Shown here one piece after another: positions 1 through 8,800 of a stretch of DNA of 64,000 bases. Within the stretch, counting starts at the first letter, position 1; every line of letters begins with the position of its first letter. The notes under the pieces were generated by a model. It saw only the letters and a list, made by a program, of their open reading frames with translations, ran no database searches and was not told where the DNA came from. The stretch lies in assembly GCA_964016885.1 (NCBI GenBank), contig CAXHJY010000031.1, positions 1-64,000 of the forward strand, read 5' to 3'. A program made the translations under genes and the position numbers. Origin of the DNA: Eledone cirrhosa (Eukaryota).

Positions 1-799
1 AGAAGGGAAGCAGAGGAAATAAAGTTCAAGCATGTTCTACAACGCGAGGACCAAAAAGGTGAGGTGTTCAGGATTGCTAGGCAATGTGTCAAGGAAAACC
101 GTGATATTGTCGGGGACAAGTGTGCCCGTAATGATGATGGTATACTTGTCATCACTAATACAGATAAGAAGGTAGCTTGGAAGTGTCATTACGAGAGGCT
201 ACTAAATGAGGAGAATAAATGGGAAAAAGATAGTCTGCCCCAAATCGATCCAATAGAGGAACTAGCAGTGCAAGTTGAAGGTTGTATAATAAGTAAGGCA
301 ATCAAAGATATGGAGACAGGCAAAGCAGCTGGGCCTTCAGAGATAGTTGCTGAAATGTTGAAAGCATCTGGATCGGTGGGACACACTATGGTCACCCGGA
401 TAGTAAACCATGTCATACAGAATGCTACAAGGGTAAAGGAGATGCCCTATATAGGGGAAACTATAGAGGCATTAAATTAATTGACCAGGTCATGAAGGTC
501 ACAGAAAGAGTTATAGCGTAATTAATAAGAGAGCGAATTGATCTAGACGAAATGCAGTTTGGGTTTGTGTCAGGTAAAAGTACCACAGACGCTCTTTTCC
601 TTGTACGACAACTACAGGAGAAGTACCTAGCTAAAAGTAAACCCCGATACCTAGCTTTTGTTGACTTGGAGAAAGCCTTTGACAGAGTCCCCCGCTCCAT
701 TATCTGGTGGACTCTTAGAAAACTAAGTGATGATGAATTGCTTGTCAGAGCTATACAAGCCATGTATACAGAAATAGTCAGCAAGGTTAGAATTAACAA

Positions 800-1166
800 C
801 AAATCATCATCATTTTACGTCCGCTTTTCCCTGTTTGCAAGGGTGGGACGGGAACTGATTCTGGCTTGATTTCTACAGCTGGATGCTCTTCCTAACACCA
901 ACCTCATTTACAGTGAGTGCTGGGTGCTTTTTTTCCGTGGCGCCTACACGTACACTTTACACTGTGGGCTGGGTGCTTTTTTGCCGTGGCACCTCCACGA
1001 CCACTTTGCAGTGGAATGATAGGGACCCCTTTCCTATCATCTCATTTCTACAGCTGAGTAAACTGGAGCAATGTCTTGCTCAAGGACACAACACATCACC
1101 CGGTCTGAGAATTGAACTCACAACGATTGCAAGGCCAATGCTCTAACCACTAAGCCATGTGCCTCC
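800..1166 (-). mobile_element. tRNA-derived SINE with CORE-like central domain and RTE-LINE-derived 3' tail
   Basis: Minus strand starts GGAGGCACA-TGGCTTAGTGG (Pol III A box, 1157-1147), then GAGTTCAATTC (B-box-like, 1119-1109) and GTGTCCTTGAGCAAGACA (CORE-like, 1089-1072). The tail GGTTGGTGTTAGGAAGAGCATCCAGCTGTAGAAA...GGACGTAAAATGATGATGAT matches the host LINE 3' end at 2523-2670. The RT reading frame resumes immediately after 1166. Confidence 0.85.
1109..1157 (-). promoter_or_regulatory. RNA polymerase III internal promoter (A and B boxes) of the SINE
   Basis: TGGCTTAGTGG fits A-box TRGCNNARYGG; GAGTTCAATTC approximates B-box GGTTCRANNCC; spacing is about 27 nt. Confidence 0.7.
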
Positions 1167-2290
1167 ATGAATATAGTGAAGAATTTAGTGTAAAAGTTGT
1201 TCATCAGGGCTCTGTCTTAGCCCCCTCCGATTTATTATTTCCCTTCAGGCTATAACAGAGAAGTTCAAGCCCATGGGAACTCTTATAGCTAAAATTAACC
1301 TGTCTAAGACTAAAGTTCTAGTATGTAGGAATGAAAATAGGGTACTGGTCCCATCTGGGAAATGGCCGTGCTCAGTGTGTAGGAAAGGAGTAGGCAGAAA
1401 CTCCATTTTATGTCCCAAATGCAAAGTACGGGTGCATAAAAGATGTAGTGGCGTCACAGGTAAGGTAACTAAGAATATAGATTATATATGTGGCCAGTGC
1501 TTAGGTGCAATAAGTAGCAGCAAGTGCCCACCGAATACTAGCTCATTCCATTGCACAGATGGTTCTATAGAAATAGTGGACACCTTCCGTTACCTGGGTG
1601 ACAAATTAAGCAGTGGTGGAGGGTGCTCTGAAAGTACAGTAGCTAGAGTCAGAACGGGATGGAAAAAGTTCAGAGAGCTTATACCACTATTGGCCGCTAA
1701 AGGTTTCTCTCTAAAAATGAAAGGCAGGCTGTATGATGCCTGCATACGAACAGCAATGTTGCATGGCAGTGAGACTTGGGCATTGTGTGCAGAGGATCTA
1801 AGCAGACTGGAGAGGAACGAAGCTTGCATGCTCCATTGGATGTGTAATAGTAAAATATGTGAACGGCAAAGCATAAATGAACTAAGTGAGAAATTAGGAA
1901 TAAAAGGGATCAAATGCTGTTTACTCGAAAGAAGACTACGTTGGTATGGTAACGTGATGCGCATGAAAGACGACAGCTGTATAAAAAAGTGCAGGGCGAT
2001 AAAAATAGACGGTAGCCACAGAGTAGGCAGACCCAGAAAAACCTGGGACGACTTGATAAATTCCGACCTCACACACTTACACCTCTCCAAGACAATGTCA
2101 CTGGACAGAGATCTTTGGCGCTACGCAGTAATACAGAAGACTCGCCTACAGAAGTGCAAAGCGAAACCTACAGTCAGTAGGCACCTCTTACCAAAATACA
2201 CACCCGTCCCACTACGCCCACCCCATCCACACCACCCCCTTAAATGTGAAGTTGGTACCACAACATCCAGTCCAAAACAAATGAGGTCAT

Positions 2291-2563
2291 GTAGGTGTCA
2301 CGACAAAAAAACATCCAGTCCACGCTGTAATGTGGCCGTGTAGGTAACACGGTAAAAACCTCCCAGTACACACTGTAAACGTGGTTGGTGTTGGGAAGGG
2401 CACCCAGCCGTAGAAAACCCGCCACACGTGTAGGTGTCACGACAAAAAAACACACAGTCCACGCTGTAATATGGTCGTGTAGGTAACACGGTAAAAACTT
2501 CCCAATCCACACTGTAAACGTGGTTGGTGTTAGGAAGGGCATCCAGCCGTAGAAAACCCGCCA
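2291..2563 (+). repeat. Tandem duplication (period 139 bp) in the LINE 3' UTR
   Basis: GTAGGTGTCACGACAAAAAAA...CCAGCCGTAGAAAACCCGCCA begins at both 2291 and 2430 with few differences. Confidence 0.9.
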
Positions 2564-2669
2564 GACAGTCCTATACGAGCAGGACAACCAATCTTGCCTC
2601 AAGTGGGAAAACTCTCGTCCAGACCCATGCAAGCGTGGAAGATGGACGTTAAACGATGATGATGATGAT

Positions 2670-2860
2670 GTATATATATGTATGTATGTATATGTATATA
2701 TGTATGTATATGTATATATGTATGTATGTATATATAATATATGTATGTATATATGAATATGTATATATATATGTATACGTATATATATGTATTTATATGT
2801 ATATATGTATGTATGTATATATATATATATGTATATATATATGTATATATGTATGTATAT
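2670..2860. repeat. (TA)/(TATG) compound microsatellite
   Basis: Direct reading; similar tracts at 3369-3481, 3750-3787 and 5141-5176 separate the element fragments. Confidence 0.95.
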
Positions 2861-3368
2861 CTATGTTGGGTCACTCTTGAGTGCTACTGGTTACATGTAA
2901 CCCAGTACAACCTGTCGCATGGTCGAGTCGTCGGCGACTAAACCGGTGAGGAGGGTGATTTTGGACACCCTGCAGGACAAAAAACAAAACCTGACAAAGG
3001 GTGAAAGAACTCATGAGAGTCGAGGGCCATCCAAAAGTGTGTAAATATGTATATACACATGTAAACCACTGGGAGTGAAGGACCCATAGCCTTTGTCAGG
3101 GCATTCTTCTAGGAGAAGGCAACTCAGGAAACTGGGATAACTCCGATATAAAACCTGATGCTCAGTAGTTACCGATGATGTTGATCTTCTCTTCTTTTCG
3201 GGTTATAGCTACTGTTACTCAGAGAGTGGGATTGGCTCTGTGCACAGTCTTTCCTCACTTTAAAAAATATCTTCACTCACAGGCATTGACGATAGAATTA
3301 GTTAATAATTATTAATAATGTTATATTGTGCAATGGCCATATTCGATAACGAGGGGGCAGCTATCATC
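2861..3368 (+). mobile_element. Interspersed-repeat fragment resembling an RTE 5' UTR or non-autonomous RTE derivative
   Basis: Higher-GC island bounded by TA microsatellites. Contains GTCGTCGGCGACTAAA and CTAGGAGAAGGCAACTC...ATAAAACC, which resemble motifs I recall from RTE 5' UTRs. No ORF support. Confidence 0.35.
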
Positions 3369-3481
3369 TATGTATATGTATGTATATATGTATAGGTATG
3401 TATATGTATATATGTATGGTATATATGTATGTGCATATATGTATACATATGTATATGTATATATATATATATATATATATA

Positions 3482-3747
3482 CATTATGAAGAGAGAAGAA
3501 ACATTTAGATATAATTAGTAATAAAATGTATCATACCTAAACTGCTCCTAGATTCCTCGACTACGTAGTTTCGTGGCATAAACAAAAACAATACATCATA
3601 AAGATATAGAGTCTTTGCGAGGTCTGCCGACTTATCAAGAGGATACCTCATTTTACTAGCTTCAAGAACGCGTCTACACGACGTGAGAAAGAATCCCAAA
3701 AGGGGGAGATAGTCACGCGATAACGGTCGAGAAACAGAGCTAAGCCT

Positions 3748-3749
<2 letters not shown>
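3482..3749 (-). mobile_element. Probable solo pseudo-LTR fragment of a Penelope-like element
   Basis: Short unique segment between (TA)n tracts containing a type I hammerhead fold with a palindromic stem III, a known feature of Penelope-like pLTRs. Confidence 0.55.
3554..3643 (-). ncRNA. Type I hammerhead ribozyme, U3-A8 core variant
   Basis: Minus strand: stem I UCCUC / core UUGAUAA / stem II GU(C)GGCA...UGCCAC / GAAA / palindromic CUACGUAG / UC (GUC triplet) / GAGGA closing stem I. Confidence 0.68.
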
Positions 3750-3789
<40 letters not shown>

Positions 3790-3816
3790 TCAAAAGATGG
3801 TTAAATGAGTTCCATG

Positions 3817-3887
3817 TATTTTATTATGCGCATTTCAAAAACAAACATCATCATGCAATAATATTTGTGTTTTCATCAGATAAAACA
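3817..3887 (-). ncRNA. Type I hammerhead ribozyme (canonical core)
   Basis: Minus strand: UGUUUUAU - CUGAUGA - AAACACAAAU...GUUUGUUUUU (stem II, 9 of 10 pairs) - GAAA - UGCGCA (palindrome) - UA - AUAAAAUA (stem I, 8 bp including one G-U). AUA cleavage triplet; predicted cut between 3825 and 3824. Confidence 0.85.
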
Positions 3888-4203
3888 GGAGAACATGATA
3901 TGAAGGCTAAAAAACACTTGTGGATAGTGCATTTTTAAATCAACATATGAAAAGTAGTTTTAGATTGATGTGATATTGGGAAAAATATTTTATTTAGAGA
4001 GGGGGGGTGGAGAGGATGAAAAAAGGGGAGGAGATGAGAGTGAAGGTGGAGAGGGAGAGATGGGTGATAGAGAGAAAGAGATAGTTTTTATAACTGAGAG
4101 AAGATATATTGTTTTACATAGAGAGGTTGAAAACCGTTGGAAGATAATGTATAAATTAAAAGAATTTGAAAATTAACGAAGGGAAAAAATATGTACGAGG
4201 AAA

Positions 4204-4690
4204 GAGAGGGAGTTGATATGTATTGAGATTAAAAATTGAGATTAAAAAGTTTGAAGATAGAGAGAAAAAATAATAATTGCGGATGAATATTCTAACGTCA
4301 AAAAGGTGTATGTTTATAAGTATTATGGCAATTTCAAAATTAATGAAGAGAAAAAATTATTAAGGTTTGCGTGTTGAAGGATTTGAGAAAAATAATGTGA
4401 AATTAAAGTTTGTATATTGAAGGAATTGATAATATGTGCGAAGAAAGAGTTAATATGTATTAAAAAATTATTAAGGTTTGTGTATTAGATGATTTGAGAA
4501 AAATAATGTGAAGTTAAGGTTTGTATATTGAAGGAATTGATAATATGTGCGAAGAAAGAGTTAATATGTATTAAGAATGAATATTCTAGCGTCAAAAGAA
4601 GGAGAGGGAGTTAATGTATTGAGATTAAAAAGTTTGATGATGGAGAGAAAAAAATAATAATTGCGGATGAATATTCTAACGTCAAAAAAA
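4204..4690. repeat. Internal duplications in the Penelope-like UTR
   Basis: A ~111-bp tandem pair (4351-4462 and 4463-4573) nested between two copies of a ~90-100-bp block (4204-4305 and 4602-4690, GAGAGGGAGTT...GATGAATATTCTAACGTCAAAAA). Confidence 0.85.
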
Positions 4691-4868
4691 CAAATGTATA
4701 TGTTATGAAGGATTTTACAAGGTGGAGATAGAATGAGGGTAATGAGTAAACAAGTATTATAGAGTGTATAATGCCCTTTGAAGTAAGGTAGGAAGATGGG
4801 TATAATTTAAAGAGGTGTATGTATATGTGCCTTTGAGAAAAGATTTTAAATTGATAAAGAATTGAATA

Positions 4869-5141
4869 TTAGCTGTATACTTTGTGAAAAGTCCTATGGA
4901 ATTTATGCAGGCAGATAGAAAACAAATCTGTACGTCTATTTATTATAGAATCTAGATTAGAGATAATGGTAAATTTTTCATTTAGGCAGAGATTACAGAT
5001 TTTAGATAGAGAGCTGTTGAAGTATGAGGACGCAGAAGAAACCTTCTTCCAAAAGATGGTATATTTAATGTTTTTGTCTTTCAAGGACCATATGAGTTCT
5101 GAGAGAGCCGTGTTGGTTCTTTTAAGTTTGTATTTAAAAGA
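4869..5141 (-). pseudogene. C-terminal fragment of a Penelope-like GIY-YIG endonuclease
   Basis: SFKYKLKRTNTALSELIWSLKDKNIKYTIFWKKV...CNLCLNEK...INRRTDLFSICLH matches the pattern TxLSxxIWxLK...W...CxLCLxEK...NxRxE/D...CxH that I recognise from Penelope-like endonuclease C-termini. The ORF-track N-terminus (5186-5142) is only microsatellite. Confidence 0.75.
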
Positions 5142-5327
5142 TATATATATATATGTATATACATGTATGTATATGTAGCACAACAATTAAGGGGCCGTAT
5201 ATATATATCCAAAATTAAATTAAATTAAGGGTGTCATGTCAGAGAGACATGCGCCATATCCTCCAAGATTCCAATGAATAGATCCGAGCATCTTATATCA
5301 ACTACAAATTGATTGACATATACTGTA

Positions 5328-5663
5328 TAATTTAATTTAATTTAATTTAATTTAATTTAATTGAAATAAAATGAATTAAATTAAATTAAATTAAATTTGA
5401 TTAAATTAAATATAAATTAAATTAAATTATATATTTTTTTATTTTATTTATTTTTACTTTTTTATTAATTACTTTCATAATTAATTAATTATGTTAATTC
5501 ATTTTATTTCAATTTAATTTAATTTAATATAATTCATTTTATTTCAATTAAATTAGATTAAATTAAATTAAATTAAATTAAATTATATATTTTTTTATTT
5601 TATTTATTTTTACTTTTTTATTAATTACTTTCATAATTAATTAATTATGTTAATTCATTTTAT
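5328..5663. repeat. AT-only pentamer tracts (TTTAA)n/(TTAAA)n with internal inverted and direct duplications
   Basis: AATTGAAATAAAATGAATTAA (~5359) is the reverse complement of TTAATTCATTTTATTTCAATT (~5494); block ~5395-5510 is repeated at ~5552-5665. Confidence 0.85.
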
Positions 5664-5842
5664 TTCGGCTCGGCTCGGCTCGGCTCGGCTCGGCTCGGCT
5701 CGGCTCGAACCCGAACCCGAACCCGAACCTTACCTTACCTTACCTTACCTTACCTTACCTTACCTTACCTTACCTTACCTTACCTTACCTTACCTTACCT
5801 TACCTTACCTTACTTTACTTTACTTTACTTTACTTTACTTTT
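5664..5842. repeat. Compound microsatellite (TCGGC)n-(CGAACC)n-(CTTAC)n-(TTTAC)n
   Basis: Direct reading; four pure tracts abut with no spacer. Confidence 0.95.
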
Positions 5843-8800
5843 TTATTTAACTTAGTTATTTGACTTAGTTATTTGACTTAGTTATTTGACTTAGTTATTT
5901 GACTTAGTTATTTGACACATTTATTTAACACATTTATTTAACACATTTATTTAACACATTTATTTAACACATTTATTTAACACATTTATTTAACACATTT
6001 ATTTAACACATTTATTTAACACATTTATTTAACACATTTATTTAACACATTTATTTAACACATTTATTTAACACATTTATTTAACACATTTATTTAACAC
6101 ATTTATTTAACACATTTATTTAGCACATTTATTTAGCACATTTATTTAGCACATTTATTTAGCACATTTATTTAGCACATTTATTTAGCACATTTATTTA
6201 GCACATTTATTTAGCACATTTATTTGGCACATTTATTTGGCACATGTATTTGGCACATGTATTTGGCACATGTATTTGGCACATTTATTTGGCACATTTA
6301 TTTGGCACATTTATTTGGCACATTTATTTGGCACATTTATTTGGCACATTTATTTGGCACATTTATTTGGCACATTTATTTGGCACATTTATTTGGCACA
6401 TTTATTTGGCACATTTATTTGGCACATTTATTTGGCACATTTATTTGGCACATTTATTTGGCCCATTTATTTGGCCCATTTATTTGGCCCATTTATTTGG
6501 CCCATTTATTTGGCACATTTATTTGGCACATTTATTTGGCACATTTATTTGGCACATTTATTTGGCACATTTATTTGGCACATTTATTTGGCACATTTAT
6601 TTGGCACATTTATTTGGCACATTTATTTGGCCCATTTATTTGGCCCATTTATTTGGCCCATTTATTTGGCCCATTTATTTGGCCCATTTATTTGGCCCAT
6701 TTATTTGGCCCATTTATTTGGCCCATTTATTTGGCCCATTTATTTGGCCCATTTATTTGGCCCATTTATTTGGCCCATTTATTTGGCCCATTTATTTGGC
6801 CCATTTATTTGGCCCATTTATTTGGCCCATTTATTTGGCCCATTTATTTGGCCCATTTATTTAGCCCATTTATTTAGCCCATTTATTTAGCCCATTTATT
6901 TAGCCCATTTATTTAGCCCATTTATTTAGCCCATTTATTTAGCACATTTATTTAGCACATTTATTTAGCACTTTTATTTAACGCATTTATTTAACGCATT
7001 TATTTAGCGCATTTATTTAGCGCATTTATTTAGCGCATTTATTTAGCGCATTTATTTAACGCATTTATTTAGCGCATTTATTTAGCGCATTTATTTAACG
7101 CATTTATTTAACGCATTTATTTAACGCATTTATTTAACGCACTTATTTAACACACTTATTTAACATATTTATTTAACACATTTATTTAACGCACTTATTT
7201 AACGCATTTATTTAACACACTTATTTAACACACTTATTTAACACACTTATTTAACACACTTATTTAACACACCTATTTAACACACTTATTTAACACACTT
7301 ATTTAACACACTTATTTAACACATTTATTTAACACATTTATTTAGCGCATTTATTTAGCGCATTTATTTAGCGCATTTATTTAACGCATTTATTTAACGC
7401 ATTTATTTAACGCACTTATTTAACACACTTATTTAACACATTTATTTAACACATTTATTTAACGCACTTATTTAACTTATTTAACGCATTTATTTAACAC
7501 ATTTATTTAACACACTTATTAAACACACTTATTTAACACACTTATTTAACACACTTATTTAACACACTTATTTAACACACTTATTTAACACACTTATTTA
7601 ACACATTTATTTAACACATTTATTTAACACATTTATTTAACACATTTATTTAACACATTTATTTAACGCATTTATTTAACGCATTTATTTAACGCATTTA
7701 TTTAACGCATTTATTTAACGCATTTATTTAACGCACTTATTTAACTCACTTATTTAACGCATTTATTTAACGCATTTATTTAACGCACTTATTTAACGCA
7801 TTTATTTAACGCATTTATTTAACACACTTATTTAACGCATTTATTTAACACATTTATTTAACACACTTATTTAACACATTTATTTAACACATTTATTTAA
7901 CACACTTATTTAACACATTTATTTAACACATTTATTTAACACATTTATTTAACACATTTATTTAACACATTTATTTAACATTTATTTAACACATTTATTT
8001 AACACATTTATTTAACACATTTATTTAACACATTTATTTAACACATTTATTTAACACATATATTTAACACATTTATTTAACACATTTATTTAACACATTT
8101 ATTTAACACATTTATTTAACACATTTATTTAACACATTTATTTGGCACATTTATTTGGCACATTTATTTGGCACATTTATTTGGCACATTTATTTGGCAC
8201 ATGTATTTGGCACATGTATTTGGCACATTTATTTGGCACATTTATTTGGCACATTTATTTGGCACATTTATTTGGCACATTTATTTGGCACATTTATTTG
8301 GCACATTTGTTTGGCACATTTATTTGGCACATTTATTTGGCACATTTATTTGGCACATTTATTTGGCACATTTATTTGGCCCATTTATTTGGCCCATTTA
8401 TTTGGCCCATTTATTTGGCCCATTTATTTGGCCCATTTATTTGGCCCATTTATTTGGCCCATTTATTTGGCCCATTTATTTGGCCCATTTATTTGGCCCA
8501 TTTATTTGGCCCATTTATTTGGCCCATTTATTTGGCCCATTTATTTGGCCCATTTATTTGGCCCATTTATTTGGCCCATTTATTTGGCCCATTTATTTGG
8601 CCCATTTATTTGGCCCATTTATTTGGCCCATTTATTTAGCCCATTTATTTAGCCCATTTATTTAGCCCATTTATTTAGCACATTTATTTAGCACATTTAT
8701 TTAGCACATTTATTTAGCACATTTATTTAGCACATTTATTTAGCACATTTATTTAGCACATTTATTTAGCGCTTTTATTTAACGCATTTATTTAACGCAT

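Larger units (their letters stand above)
1..2150 (+). pseudogene. Reverse transcriptase ORF of the RTE LINE, disabled
   Basis: Frameshift/deletion near 420-423, in-frame TAA near 519, SINE insertion at ~800-1166 splitting ...KVRINN|EYSEEFSVKV..., and a deletion near 1285-1291 (CCA TGG GAA CTC TTA TAG CT = PWELL, joined directly to KINLSKTK) removing the catalytic YADD motif. End coordinate approximate. Confidence 0.88.
1..2670 (+). mobile_element. Degenerate non-LTR retrotransposon (RTE-clade LINE); 5' part lies outside the window; interrupted by an antisense SINE
   Basis: Translated pieces give ordered non-LTR RT motifs: KAAGPSEIVAEMLK, YKGKGD..NYRGIKL, QFGFVSGKSTTDALF, AFVDLEKAFDRV, HQGSVLSP, INLSKTK, FRYLG, then RTE-type C-terminal motifs LHGSETW, RRLRWYGNVMR, GRPRKTW. 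Ends in a (GAT)n tail at 2655-2670, a short tandem-repeat tail typical of RTE. Confidence 0.92.
3788..5141 (-). mobile_element. 5'-truncated Penelope-like retroelement (endonuclease C-terminus plus 3' UTR/pLTR), inserted between (TA)n tracts
   Basis: GIY-YIG-type C-terminal peptide at 5141-4869, followed on the same strand by a long UTR ending in a hammerhead ribozyme; both ends abut TA microsatellites. Confidence 0.78.

Noticed and set aside
1100-1166. tRNA gene
   Set aside because: Only A/B-box remnants with no complete cloverleaf; it continues into SINE core and tail.
189-2632. Minus-strand ORFs over the LINE and ORF 883-1146
   Set aside because: Antisense shadows of the RT frame or SINE/UTR sequence, with no recognisable motifs.
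2599-2941. Tyr/Ile/Met-rich ORFs (also 5647-5850 and 44798-44998)
   Set aside because: Translations of microsatellites.
3970-4176. 68-aa Glu/Gly-rich ORF
   Set aside because: Translation of a GA-rich low-complexity tract antisense to the Penelope-like UTR.
5729-5811. (CCTTA)n as a telomeric repeat
   Set aside because: The reverse complement is TAAGG, not TTAGG or TTAGGG; it is a short internal tract within a compound microsatellite.
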